Notes under the pieces: model-generated | What the model was told of the DNA's origin: nothing | What the model saw: the letters and a program-made list of their open reading frames with translations, nothing else | The model's database searches: none | Translations under genes and position numbers: made by a program | DNA from: Eledone cirrhosa | Lineage: Eukaryota | Assembly: GCA_964016885.1 (NCBI GenBank) | Contig: OZ024743.1 | Coordinates: 313,906,001-313,970,000, forward strand | Direction of reading: 5' to 3' | Length of the DNA: 64,000 nucleotides | Part shown: positions 14,313-27,057 of the stretch, piece by piece | Layout of the letters: every line of letters begins with the position of its first letter | Numbering within the stretch: position 1 is the first letter of the stretch

Positions 14313-14533
14313 AATTAAGTTAAGAATGTACATCCACATATGTATACTGAAATACTAGTATGCATATGAATACACACACGTGTACATATGTAGATGTACC
14401 GAGTTTTTCACTGGTCACTTTACTGTGAGTGTCCAGCTATTCTGTATGTAAACACACAGACAAACCGGTTTTTAGAGTCATACTGGTTTTTGAGGAAACA
14501 CCTTTCCTCTATTCTCCAGAAAGCCAGACAAGG

Positions 14534-14578
14534 AATATTGGACTAGTTTCGATGTTGTTACATCTCATCAGCAATATT
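14534..14578 (-). ncRNA. Type I hammerhead ribozyme (466-bp unit)
   Basis: Reverse complement: aatattg-CTGATGA-gatgt-aaca-acatc-GAAA-ctag-TC-caatatt. Confidence 0.95.
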
Positions 14579-14617
14579 TACCCATCTTCCGGCCTTTCTA
14601 GAGAATCGTAAAAGCAC

Positions 14618-14710
14618 ATATCGTTATATGCTTTTTCTATGAAAATTAGTAGTGGGCAGACTAATTTGCATAGAGCGTGAGTACGTACCGGTTCAACGGA
14701 GACGATAAAA
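14618..14710 (-). promoter_or_regulatory. Candidate snRNA-type promoter block in each 466-bp unit (octamer ATGCAAAT plus flanking motifs)
   Basis: On the HHR-sense strand: tttatcgt..actcac..tATGCAAATtag..cata.aaaa.gcaTATAA, octamer about 90 nt upstream of the HHR core. The same ordered motifs occur at 30738-30826 in an otherwise dissimilar element. Confidence 0.5.
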
Positions 14711-14999
14711 ACAAATAACGAAACGAAATTAAATTTTGTTTCGTTTGTAACTCACTTTTGTATGACTGACGCTTAAACAATTAAGTTAAGAATGTACATC
14801 CACATATGTATACTGAAATACTAGTATGCATATGAATACACACACGTGTACATATGTAGATGTACCGAGTTTTTCACTGGTCACTTTACTGTGAGTGTCC
14901 AGCTATTCTGTATGTAAACACACAGACAAACCGGTTTTTAGAGTCATACTGGTTTTTGAGGAAACACCTTTCCTCTATTCTCCAGAAAGCCAGACAAGG

Positions 15000-15044
15000 A
15001 ATATTGGACTAGTTTCGATGTTGTTACATCTCATCAGCAATATT
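15000..15044 (-). ncRNA. Type I hammerhead ribozyme (466-bp unit)
   Basis: Identical to 14534-14578. Confidence 0.95.
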
Positions 15045-15465
15045 TACCCATCTTCCGGCCTTTCTAGAGAATCGTAAAAGCACATATCGTTATATGCTTT
15101 TTCTATGAAAATTAGTAGTGGGCAGACTAATTTGCATAGAGCGTGAGTACGTACCGGTTCAACGGAGACGATAAAAACAAATAACGAAACGAAATTAAAT
15201 TTTGTTTCGTTTGTAACTCACTTTTGTATGACTGACGCTTAAACAATTAAGTTAAGAATGTACATCCACATATGTATACTGAAATACTAGTATGCATATG
15301 AATACACACACGTGTACATATGTAGATGTACCGAGTTTTTCACTGGTCACTTTACTGTGAGTGTCCAGCTATTCTGTATGTAAACACACAGACAAACCGG
15401 TTTTTAGAGTCATACTGGTTTTTGAGGAAACACCTTTCCTCTATTCTCCAGAAAGCCAGACAAGG

Positions 15466-15510
15466 AATATTGGACTAGTTTCGATGTTGTTACATCTCAT
15501 CAGCAATATT
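15466..15510 (-). ncRNA. Type I hammerhead ribozyme (466-bp unit)
   Basis: Identical to 14534-14578. Confidence 0.95.
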
Positions 15511-15931
15511 TACCCATCTTCCGGCCTTTCTAGAGAATCGTAAAAGCACATATCGTTATATGCTTTTTCTATGAAAATTAGTAGTGGGCAGACTAATTTG
15601 CATAGAGCGTGAGTACGTACCGGTTCAACGGAGACGATAAAAACAAATAACGAAACGAAATTAAATTTTGTTTCGTTTGTAACTCACTTTTGTATGACTG
15701 ACGCTTAAACAATTAAGTTAAGAATGTACATCCACATATGTATACTGAAATACTAGTATGCATATGAATACACACACGTGTACATATGTAGATGTACCGA
15801 GTTTTTCACTGGTCACTTTACTGTGAGTGTCCAGCTATTCTGTATGTAAACACACAGACAAACCGGTTTTTAGAGTCATACTGGTTTTTGAGGAAACACC
15901 TTTCCTCTATTCTCCAGAAAGCCAGACAAGG

Positions 15932-15976
15932 AATATTGGACTAGTTTCGATGTTGTTACATCTCATCAGCAATATT
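15932..15976 (-). ncRNA. Type I hammerhead ribozyme (466-bp unit)
   Basis: Identical to 14534-14578. Confidence 0.95.
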
Positions 15977-16725
15977 TACCCATCTTCCGGCCTTTCTAGA
16001 GAATCGTAAAAGCACATATCGTTATATGCTTTTTCTATGAAAATTAGTAGTGGGCAGACTAATTTGCATAGAGCGTTAGTACGTACCGGTTCAACGGAGA
16101 CGATAAAAACAAATAACGAAACGAAATTAAATTTTGTTTCGTTTGTAACTCACTTTTGTATGACTGACGCTTAAACAATTAAGTTAAGAATGTACATCCA
16201 CATATGTATACTGAAATACTAGTATGCATATGAATACAGTATGCATATGAATACACACACGTGTACATATGTAGATGTAACAACATCGAAACTAGTCCAA
16301 TATTCCTTGTCTGGCTTTCTGGAGAATAGAGGAAAGGTGTTTCCTCAAAAACCAGTATGACTCTAAAAACCGGTTTGTCTGTGTGTTTACATACAGAATA
16401 GCTGGACACTCACAGTAAAGTGACCAGTGAAAAACTCGGTACATCTACATATGTACACGTGTGTGTATTCATATGCATACTAGTATTTCAGTATACATAT
16501 GTGGATGTACATTCTTAACTTAATTGTTTAAGCGTCAGTCATACAAAAGTGAGTTACAAACGAAACAAAATTTAATTTCGTTTCGTTATTTGTTTTTATC
16601 GTCTCCGTTGAACCGGTACGTACTCACGCTCTATGCAAATTAGTCTGCCCACTACTAATTTTCATAGAAAAAGCATATAACGATATGTGCTTTTACGATT
16701 CTCTAGAAAGGCCGGAAGATGGGTA

Positions 16726-16770
16726 AATATTGCTGATGAGATGTAACAACATCGAAACTAGTCCAATATT
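16726..16770 (+). ncRNA. Type I hammerhead ribozyme (466-bp unit)
   Basis: aatattg-CTGATGA-gatgt-aaca-acatc-GAAA-ctag-TC-caatatt. Predicted cleavage after C16763. Confidence 0.95.
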
Positions 16771-17191
16771 CCTTGTCTGGCTTTCTAGAGAATAGAGGAA
16801 AGGTGTTTCCTCAAAAACCAGTATGACTCTAAAAACCGGTTTGTCTGTGTGTTTACATACAGAATAGCTGGACACTCACAGTAAAGTGACCAGTGAAAAA
16901 CTCGGTACATCTACATATGTACACGTGTGTGTATTCATATGCATACTAGTATTTCAGTATACATATGTGGATGTACATTCTTAACTTAATTGTTTAAGCG
17001 TCAGTCATACAAAAGTGAGTTACAAACGAAACAAAATTTAATTTCGTTTCGTTATTTGTTTTTATCGTCTCCGTTGAACCGGTACGTACTCACGCTCTAT
17101 GCAAATTAGTCTGCCCACTACTAATTCTCATAGAAAAAGCATATAACGATATGTGCTTTTACGATTCTCTAGAAAGGCCGGAAGATGGGTA

Positions 17192-17236
17192 AATATTGCT
17201 GATGAGATGTAACAACATCGAAACTAGTCCACTATT
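17192..17236 (+). ncRNA. Type I hammerhead ribozyme (466-bp unit, one stem I mismatch)
   Basis: As 16726, but the 3' stem I strand reads cactatt. Confidence 0.9.
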
Positions 17237-17658
17237 CCTTGTCTGGCTTTCTGGAGAATAGAGGAAAGGTGTTTCCTCAAAAACCAGTATGACTCTAAAA
17301 ACCGGTTTGTCTGTGTGTTTACATACAGAATAGCTGGACACTCACAGTAAAGTGACCAGTGAAAAACTCGGTACATCTACATATGTACACGTGTGTGTAT
17401 TCATATGCATACTAGTATTTCAGTATACATATGTGGATGTACATTCTTAACTTAATTGTTTAAGCGTCAGTCATACAAAAGTGAGTTACAAACGAAACAA
17501 AATTTAATTTCGTTTCGTTATTTGTTTTTATCGTCTCCGTTGAACCGGTACGTACTCACGCTCTATGCAAATTAGTCTTGCCCACTACTAATTTTCATAG
17601 AAAAAGCATATAACGATATGTGCTTTTGCGATTCTCTAGAAAGGCCGGAAGATGGGTA

Positions 17659-17703
17659 AATATTGCTGATGAGATGTAACAACATCGAAACTAGTCCAAT
17701 ATT
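17659..17703 (+). ncRNA. Type I hammerhead ribozyme (466-bp unit)
   Basis: Identical to 16726-16770. Confidence 0.95.
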
Positions 17704-18124
17704 CCTTGTCTGGCTTTCTGGAGAATAGAGGAAAGGTGTTTCCTCAAAAACCAGTATGACTCTAAAAACCGGTTTGTCTGTGTGTTTACATACAGAATAG
17801 CTGGACACTCACAGTAAAGTGACCAGTGAAAAACTCGGTACATCTACATATGTACACGTGTGTGTATTCATATGCATACTAGTATTTCAGTATACATATG
17901 TGGATGTACATTCTTAACTTAATTGTTTAAGCGTCAGTCATACAAAAGTGAGTTACAAACGAAACAAAATTTAATTTCGTTTCGTTATTTGTTTTTATCG
18001 TCTCCGTTGAACCGGTACGTACTCACGCTCTATGCAAATTAGTCTGCCCACTACTAATTTTCATAGAAAAAGCATATAACGATATGTGCTTTTACGATTC
18101 TCTAGAAAGGCCGGAAGATGGGTA

Positions 18125-18169
18125 AATATTGCTGATGAGATGTAACAACATCGAAACTAGTCCAATATT
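18125..18169 (+). ncRNA. Type I hammerhead ribozyme (466-bp unit)
   Basis: Identical to 16726-16770. Confidence 0.95.
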
Positions 18170-18590
18170 CCTTGTCTGGCTTTCTAGAGAATAGAGGAAA
18201 GGTGTTTCCTAAAAAACCAGTATGACTCTAAAAACCGGTTTGTCTGTGTGTTTACATACAGAATAGCTGGACACTCACAGTAAAGTGACCAGTGAAAAAC
18301 TCGGTACATCTACATATGTACACGTGTGTGTATTCATATGCATACTAGTATTTCAGTATACATATGTGGATGTACATTCTTAACTTAATTGTTTAAGCGT
18401 CAGTCATACAAAAGTGAGTTACAAACGAAACAAAATTTAATTTCGTTTCGTTATTTGTTTTTATCGTCTCCGTTGAACCGGTACGTACTCACGCTCTATG
18501 CAAATTAGTCTGCCCACTACTAATTTTCATAGAAAAAGCATATAACGATATGTGCTTTTACGATTCTCTAGAAAGGCCGGAAGATGGGTA

Positions 18591-18635
18591 AATATTGCTG
18601 ATGAGATGTAACAACATCGAAACTAGTCCAATATT
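18591..18635 (+). ncRNA. Type I hammerhead ribozyme (466-bp unit)
   Basis: Identical to 16726-16770. Confidence 0.95.
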
Positions 18636-19056
18636 CCTTGTCTGGCTTTCTGGAGAATAGAGGAAAGGTGTTTCCTCAAAAACCAGTATGACTCTAAAAA
18701 CCGGTTTGTCTGTGTGTTTACATACAGAATAGCTGGACACTCACAGTAAAGTGACCAGTGAAAAACTCGGTACATCTACATATGTACACGTGTGTGTATT
18801 CATATGCATACTAGTATTTCAGTATACATATGTGGATGTACATTCTTAACTTAATTGTTTAAGCGTCAGTCATACAAAAGTGAGTTACAAACGAAACAAA
18901 ATTTAATTTCGTTTCGTTATTTGTTTTTATCGTCTCCGTTGAACCGGTACGTACTCACGCTCTATGCAAATTAGTCTGCCCACTACTAATTTTCATAGAA
19001 AAAGCATATAACGATATGTGCTTTTACGATTCTCTAGAAAGGCCGGAAGATGGGTA

Positions 19057-19101
19057 AATATTGCTGATGAGATGTAACAACATCGAAACTAGTCCAATAT
19101 T
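19057..19101 (+). ncRNA. Type I hammerhead ribozyme (466-bp unit)
   Basis: Identical to 16726-16770. Confidence 0.95.
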
Positions 19102-19389
19102 CCTTGTCTGGCTTTCTGGAGAATAGAGGAAAGGTGTTTCCTCAAAAACCAGTATGACTCTAAAAACCGGTTTGTCTGTGCGTTTACATACAGAATAGCT
19201 GGACACTCACAGTAAAGTGACCAGTGAAAAACTCGGTACATCTACATATGTACACGTGTGTGTATTCATATGCATACTAGTATTTCAGTATACATATGTG
19301 GATGTACATTCTTAACTTAATTGTTTAAGCGTCAGTCATACAAAAGTGAGTTACAAACGAAACAAAATTTAATTTCGTTTCGTCATTTG

Positions 19390-19459
<70 letters not shown>

Positions 19460-19555
19460 ATGGACGAAGAATGAAATATATATATGTATGTAAAAGGTGG
19501 ACAGAAATAACAACACAATCGGTACAATATATGGAAGGAAATATATTAGGTTACC

Positions 19556-19681
19556 GCTCTTCGTCCATTTTCTTTTCATTCTTTTAATAAGTATTTAATA
19601 TTATTTTATTCGTATTTCTCCACTTGTTTCTTCTTTCAGCATCTACTACCTTCCGAGCGGTCTTTCCCACTCTGCCACTCT

Positions 19682-19685
<4 letters not shown>
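19556..19685 (+). repeat. Dispersed repeat tail ending at (TA)n, paralogue at about 27376-27503
   Basis: Shared tcttc.tccattttcttt..tttcttctttcagcatctactaccttcc..ccactct.actatata. Confidence 0.75.
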
Positions 19686-19769
<84 letters not shown>

Positions 19770-20558
19770 TTGTCTGTGTGTGTCCTTAATTTAAGTGTTT
19801 TACAGAAGTACTTTTCGTTCAGAACAAGAATTCGAACATAGTTTACAACTGTCATAATTTTTGAATATGTGTAATTTAAGCAGAAGAGTACAACATTTGG
19901 AGAGGCAAAGGCGATTCTATAGATTGGGGTTTTTTCACGATTTTCTTTCATTAACAATCAAAGTATAAAAAGAAGCTTAGCAGAAGATATTCAAAATCAG
20001 TAGATTCACCAATGTGTTATCCAACACATCTACATTTTCGTTATAAATAATTCATCGGTGCAAAATGTCTGACTGAAATAAGGTGAGATAATATATTTCT
20101 TTTAAAGCGATAATTAATATATTCTTGCCAAGATATCTCTTGAAACAATTTTGTCTCTTTTATTTCTGAAATCTTATGGCTGTGCTCTAGTCTTTCAATC
20201 ATTTAATCCAATTTGTGTAACATTAGAAAATATTTAATGGCCTATAAAATGTCTAACTTGAGAATTATATTTTAATTGACTCTTATTTTCACAATTATAT
20301 CTTTCGTGCTGCTATTGTACAGATATCAATTAAAGATCAAATATATCGGTTTTCAACCTTATATAATTTGTTTATCGCACCCATGATATTAATAGTATAT
20401 TTGTCAGTATAATTTGCTTTAACACATATAATGTTCACATCTAGTTTGTATTACACATTGTTTGTTATGAGTATTATAGAATTAGCTTTGCTGGATTAAA
20501 TTGTGAGCTACAATATAAATAGCGGGCAAGGTCATGCCTTGTCGTACTCACTGCACAC

Positions 20559-20601
<43 letters not shown>

Positions 20602-20603
<2 letters not shown>

Positions 20604-21488
20604 GGTGGCCACGCCATTAGCTAAGATCTTTCTTTCCCTTATTACGAAGCATTTTCCCCCTACACATAAACATAGTAAAATTTTTAATAGAAATACTATT
20701 AAAATTTCTTACTCTACGACTCCTAACCTTGCACATAACATCACAGCTTCAACTTTCGCTAAACTACCTAGCCGTAGGAACATGTGCAACCCTGTAGTTA
20801 GTACTAACTGTAATTGTAGGAATCGGGTTGATTGCCCCCTATCCGGGAAATGCCTCTCTAGTAACATTGTCTACAAATGTAAGGTTGTAAGACCCACGTC
20901 CCGTAGGGCCTACATAGGGTTAACCGCCAATAGATTCAAGCAGCGTCTTTACATGCATACCCATTCTTTTCGAGAAGGAATATGACGTCATTTTCAGCTT
21001 ATATCTGGAGTCTAAAAGACTACCACACCCAATATAAGTTACACTGGGAGATCCTAGCTAGGGCTAGATCGTATAACGGAAATAAAAGACCATGTGACCT
21101 CTGCGCCGCTGAGGCCCTGGAAATACTCTACGCCACAGACCACATCTTAAACAAAAAATCTGAGGCAATTTCAGCTTGTAAACATAAATTGCACAAAACT
21201 TTCCTGTATTACAGCCCAACGTTATACCCTAACGGATAGCACGATCTATACGTGGATATTTTACGTCTTGATGTGGGAGCTAAGTATATATTTTGTTTAT
21301 ACCATTACTTATTTGCATAGCGAACGTTTCCACGAACCAAAGTATCGTCTTCCTGTCTTCCTCCGGTTGCAACGTTTTTTTGAAATATCCACTTCTGCGT
21401 TTACAGATTGACTTTGTCAGTTTCAGAAGATCCCGTTAAGGGTGAAAGCAGCGATTCTTTGTTAAACTTTAATTTGTTATTTTAATAA

Positions 21489-21490
<2 letters not shown>
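20602..21490 (+). mobile_element. 5'-truncated Penelope-like element: linker, GIY-YIG endonuclease (frameshifted) and pLTR
   Basis: ORFs give KIFNRNTIKISYS..CNCRNRVDCPLSGKCLSSNIVYKC..AYIGLTANRFKQR and ..YIWSLK..W..CDLC..E..C.H. Flanked by (TA)n. Confidence 0.9.
21420..21467 (+). ncRNA. Penelope pLTR hammerhead, mutated core (CAGAAGA)
   Basis: gttt-CAGAAGA-tccc-gttaa-gggt-GAAA-gca-gcgattctt-tgt-TA-aac. Confidence 0.65.
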
Positions 21491-21520
<30 letters not shown>

Positions 21521-21521
21521 A

Positions 21522-21596
<75 letters not shown>

Positions 21597-21865
21597 GAAT
21601 GTATGTATAGTATATTTGGCAATATAGCGTTTGTTTAATTAAAAACATTTTGAAGACGGAAGCAGGGAGTGCGTGGCTCTGATGAACGCCAACCAACGTG
21701 AAACAGACTGTTAGCTTCTCTCCCTTCTTTCGCCGAAAAGAAGTGACATAGTCACTACTTTAAAACCGATAGCGTATGGTCTTCACATTATTTTTAATTA
21801 AACATACGGTATATTGCCAAATATACTATACATACATTCATGTATACATCGCTATTTCAGAGCAA
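21597..21865 (+). mobile_element. Retrozyme-like insert related to 13551-14277 (inverted tail, HHR, direct tail)
   Basis: 21597-21658 is inverted against 21779-21840. It shares the tail gtcactact.taaa..atagc..ggtcttc..ttaattaa..cattca..tcgctatttcagagca with the 13.6-14.3 kb family. Confidence 0.8.
21675..21716 (+). ncRNA. Type I hammerhead, canonical C3-G8 core
   Basis: ggct-CTGATGA-acg-ccaaccaa-cgt-GAAA-cagactg-TT-agct. Stem I can extend with gaagcagggag/ctcccttctt. Confidence 0.8.
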
Positions 21866-22484
21866 TACTTTACAAATCAATACTTTACAAATGTTTCAAT
21901 GCAAATACTTTAACTAATACTTATGCTATAACAATGTAATAAAAATAAGGGGTTATATTGAATATAACAAAGTATCATCAAATATTATATACCTTCATGT
22001 GTAATATAAATGATTAAATATAATGATATGTTGAAAAGCAAACCCAGAGGAAAATTATGTATCTTCGAAGGATTACAGCTTTAATGAAAATATAAACAAT
22101 GGCGGTTGTTTATGACGTCATGTAAGAAACGCTATTGATTATTTGAAATAATGAAAATTATAAAATATTTAAAATAGAAATATATAAATAAATAAACTAG
22201 ATAAATTATTACAATAAGGAAGGAAAACTAATAATAGGGATGCAAACTAAGATAAAGTAAAATATTAAAATTATTTTCTTAGTTTCTACAAGTGATGGAT
22301 GGGTGGATGGATGGTCTCGTCATGTTTGAGGGTGTCATAGGGGCGCCGTATTGACATACGGCGTATCTAGGTCATTATGTAAACCTAGCAGCACTCATCT
22401 CTTCTCCAGGTCTGAATGTAGCAGATTTCCCGAGGATAGTGGATGAGAGAACAGAAATGAGAAAGAGATATAAAGGAAGAATCG

Positions 22485-22640
22485 ACCCTAGTACTAGACC
22501 GGTACTCTTTTTATAGACTTCGAATGGATAAAAACCAAAGTTGACTTCAGCGGGATTTGAATTCAGAGAAGAGAAAAACGGAACGCATACCACAAAGAAT
22601 CCTATCCAACGTTCTAACGACTCTGCCAATATGCAGCCTT
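22485..22640 (-). mobile_element. Diverged tRNA-derived SINE
   Basis: Reverse complement has tggcagagtcgttaga (A box), gaattcaaatccc (B box) and gtcaactttggtttttatcc. Confidence 0.7.
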
Positions 22641-24760
22641 AAAGCTAAGTATACATTCACACAGTTATCTCCCTTACACTGCTTGCTACTAAACATCTTT
22701 ATTCTGGTTCAATAAATCATGCCGATAGCTACGAATGGTGTATATCCGTTTGAATTCCATATCATTTTCGCCCAAATATTTTCCCTCACAAGTCTTGGGT
22801 AAACCCTAGGCTATGATAAACATGTTTGCTGAAAATGCCATGCAGTGGAATAGAAAACACGACCTTATGGTGGCGAACTGAAATTCTTTTAACGACTCAA
22901 TCAATTCAGTGCTATATGTTATATGATGGATTTAAATATTAGTTCTCTACTGGAAAATACTTTATTACTAGTATATATTAGTTTCAATCGAATCTTCTAT
23001 ATCTGTTTGATTTAATGAGATTTTATTTATATAGAACATTTCACAAACGAAGTACCACTGCCTCTAGCATATTCAAGGAAAATAAGTGTTTTTGATATCA
23101 CACGAATAGCCGGTTCAGCGTCTGTAGCTATCATTCCTTTGATGTCAACCAACCACTGATTTAGCATAAATTATTCAGAAGTCGCGTGGGCTGGTTTTGT
23201 GTATTGGTCAATAACGTCATGACAAATTTTCTCTAAGGCCGGATTCGATTCTTAGTTGAACGTATATTATTTAGGTATTTGGAATGAAAAGGAATGGAAC
23301 GAACCTCCGTCGCTTTCAACGGTGTTTCAGTTAATACTGGACGTTTGAATAATGTTTGGACAAAGTCATTCCTTTTAAGATATATTTCCATTTCATCTAT
23401 CTTATAGACAGTGTATCGTTGTTAATTGTTTTTTCTTTTTTTTTTGTACGTGATATGCAAAATCTCTTTCTGATAGCATCATATTCAACTATTGTTCTTT
23501 TGTAACATTTTATAAAACATATTTCAACTTGTTTCCTGTATTGCAATTTTACAATAAATTATGCAATCTGAACACGTAATATGTACAATGTTTTAATTAA
23601 ATTTCAGAAAATTATACGAAGAATATAAGAATACTATGATATGTTTTCAAAATGTTAGATTTCAAAAAGTAAGATTCACTCTGCAATACAATTTCCTTTA
23701 TATTTTTATGAAAAGAAAATATATTGAGAATATTTTATTCGAAAGTTTTGGGACCGGAGATGTTTTGGATAACCAAGTTTAGAATTTCTCTAAAATGTTT
23801 TGAAAAAAAATGTCGCAAACTTCAGTTAGCCTCGCCATCCTTGGGTGAGGCCATTTACAACAGCTGCATACAACATACGAACCTTTCCATTATTTGTGGA
23901 ATTCTCATTTGTAGCACGTTTCAGAAATGTATTTCTGACAACAGGAAATACAGGACCAAACGTGCCACCGGTAACCTAACGCACAAAAACCATAATCATT
24001 AAACTACATGCCTTCACACTGAATGTATAATGAAGAACTAGTAAATAAGTTTATATCATTCCAAACTGAATTTCCCATTAATCAATTGAAGAAGATCACT
24101 AACCACATAAAGCATATTATAATTCATAATATTTGGTTAGCTTAATTAAATATTAAAGGTTAATTAAATTGATATACTTAACATGGCGTGGAATATGAAT
24201 ACGTGCGGTATTCTAATTTAATATTCTGAATACAAAAATGTAACATGATTGAATGTGAGCTCGGCTACGTGTGAGGTTTTACAAATCCTTATGACAAGAG
24301 CAAATGAACCTTAGAGAAGATTGATTGCTATAACCTAACAAGAGATACGAAAATACCTCTAGTGGAATTTTGCAAATACAAAAACGTCTTGGTTTGGCTG
24401 TGTAAACTGGATAAAATAAACAATACATGGTTAGAGGGATGAGTAATTAATTTTATTATAGTTGTAATATAATTCTACCTTCATGGTAGACTCCTATTCT
24501 ACTATCTGGATAGACTCGTATTTTACATTGTCCGCGTGCTGTTAAAGGTCGATAAGATACACCAGGTTGATCAATCAGATTTATATTTTGTAACAGTAGC
24601 CGACGATCAAGTCTATCCCTGATGCTATCTTGTCCTAATATTTTTCTATTACAATATCATCATTAATTCTATTATGGCATTGACGTCCAGCTTCGGCTGT
24701 ACAAACGGTGAAATTAAAATTCAATACAGAGAGAGCGATGAATATTGTATTTTATTCTAG

Positions 24761-24940
24761 GTGTACCAGATTGGTCTGATTTGGTGCTAGAGTCACTTGT
24801 ATCTCTTCACAACTACAATGTATTAGATGTGGCGGCTATGATACAAATCAACCTCCTTGAAATGCCAAGGACGAAAAACAGAATAGAATCTTCACATTTA
24901 TCGCCTTCTTCCGTGAGCTGTGAGACAACATATTTCATTC
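24761..24940 (+). other. Candidate 180-nt internal exon of an unidentified host gene
   Basis: Acceptor tattttattctag|g and donor c|gtgagt. One open frame (GVPDWSDLVLESL..TTYFI), symmetric phase 1-1. No recognisable homology. Confidence 0.3.
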
Positions 24941-26978
24941 GTGAGTAAATTGTGTAGGCTGAATGATAAACAATTCCTAAGAAGCCCATCCACCATCAAA
25001 TCGCTATTAATATTGCTGACTGCAGAAAAATGATTTATATGATCCATGTTAGATGGAGCGATGGCTTAGAAATAGACAGAAAAAAGGAGATAGGCGAACA
25101 TTATTATTCATATAAGACGAAAGTCTCTAAGGAATGCAATTAACTTTTAGTTGAATAAAATAAAATAATTGAGAACATTTCTTGTTTACTTTGCCGGGAA
25201 AAAACAAATTGATTTTATGTTACAGAATTGTGTTAAAACATTTAGGCTGTCAATCCAATATTTTTTGTTTATATTAATTAGCGATAATACTAATGCAACT
25301 TGTTCAGAGTAAAGAGATATATAACACAATATGTTTCTGTATCATAAACATACATTTAGTTTCACAGTGAGTATTTTATGCTGTGCTATATAGCTACATC
25401 GGTGTCGATGCTAGTGCATTGTATATATGCCCTAGTTATTATTCAAGTAAACTTCTACTGACGATAAGTAATCATTTTGAAATCCATCTATGAACCCCAT
25501 TGCAGTGAAATCGAGTGTGACATGTTTATTGCCTGAACCAATCACAGAAGGACTAAATGTGTGTTTATTATATATAAACATTCTGTACATATACATCTTT
25601 GTAATATAAATGATATAAAGGAACTCGGTAAACACATTATAGGAAGATGTTGATTTTGAAAAGATTGGGGGATGCCTGAAAACCTGAAAAAATGGTAGTT
25701 ATTTTCATACAGTCACAGGGCCACATATGTAGACGAGGTGGTTACTATATTATCTCGGCGGAAAGAAGAAACGCAGAATCAACATTGGTGGGATTGGAAA
25801 ACAGAACATAAATCGTCGTGGTTTTATGCCATAAGGCATTTTGCCTAACGTTCTATCCTTCCTCAAGCTGGAGCCGCATCACAATTACCATCGCTATTAT
25901 TATCACCATTACTATCACCATCAGCATCAGTAACTCCAGCTCATAACTACTGGATATGCCACTTTCTCACTTTCTACTGACAACACAAAGCCCATTATTA
26001 CTACGACTACTATTATTACGACCACCACCACTTCCGATGTAACCACTTAATAATAGTTTGCTCCTCAAATTCTCAAACTGATTTTTTATCCAATTGATTG
26101 TTCAACTGTAGTGATAGTTATTATCACAGTGAACCAAGAGAAAGAGGTTCAGACACGTCTGTATATATTTTATATTTTACATTCTAGCTTGTAATTTGGC
26201 CTCAAGACTTTCGCCATTTGAGTGGCTTTGGTTTTGACTACAAGCATTGTTTATGCCAATGTCAGTCAACTAGGTATATACATAACATCCATTGAAAGCG
26301 TGTTGGTAAAGGTCAATACGATGCAGTTAATAGACTGCCAGATAGTTGTGCAAGTATCTGACAATTATGTCTATTCTTGGTGCTTTCCTAATCTATTTTT
26401 TTTCTATCACAATATCGCCGATGTCCTCATTGATGCTCAATGCTTTTGATGTAATACAGCAACAATGTTTTTTTTTTTAAATTTTTCCTGGCCTTTCTGT
26501 ATCCTCATTAAACTTAAGTTTACCTCTCCAGTAGCTAGATATTTACGTTCGTATGTATGTGAGCACACATAACCGATTGATGTTGTGAGTTAGAATATAT
26601 TTAAAATACACGCGTTCTAAACAGGTTTGCGTTAGCAATATGAAATACTTATCAAGCGATACAAATCAATGGACAAAACACAGAAAGAAAAAAATCTCCC
26701 CAAATCATAAAACAACCTATGTATATATGAAAAAAACACTAGAGGTTGTAAAGGTATCTCTATTAATAAATCAAATACACAATAGTGACGAACATCCGCA
26801 TTCCGTCCTGAATCTCCATTCATAAAACTTCTCCATAAACGTACATTAAGTCACGCTTCACCACACGATATATCACATGTGAATTATCTATGAGTCCCTT
26901 CAAGTTCTTCCGTTCTCTACCACGACTTTCTTACATTAATTTCTTACGGTCTTTCTGCTTTGCTATCTCCACAACATT

Positions 26979-27057
<79 letters not shown>

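Larger units (their letters stand above)
14309..19394. mobile_element. Head-to-head tandem array of a 466-bp hammerhead-containing unit (non-LTR retrozyme-like): about 4.2 units reversed plus about 6.7 units forward
   Basis: Left-arm unit starts at 14309, 14775, 15241, 15707 and 16173. Strand switch at 16273-16279. The right arm runs to 19394. Copies differ by only isolated substitutions or indels. (TA)n on both sides. Confidence 0.95.

Noticed and set aside
14429-19206. Repeated 60-aa ORF MSSYSVCKHTDK.. in each 466-bp unit
   Set aside because: It starts at GTG, lies antisense to the ribozyme, has no recognisable motif and is interrupted by a stop in one copy. It recurs only because the DNA is repeated.
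14309-19394. CRISPR-like or rDNA/snRNA gene array interpretation
   Set aside because: There are no unique spacers and the context is eukaryotic. I recognise no 5S, U-snRNA or spliced-leader sequence in the unit.
21311-21318. Isolated octamer ATTTGCAT here and near 56690, upstream of other HHRs
   Set aside because: It lacks the accompanying motifs, and several chance hits are expected in 64 kb of AT-rich DNA.
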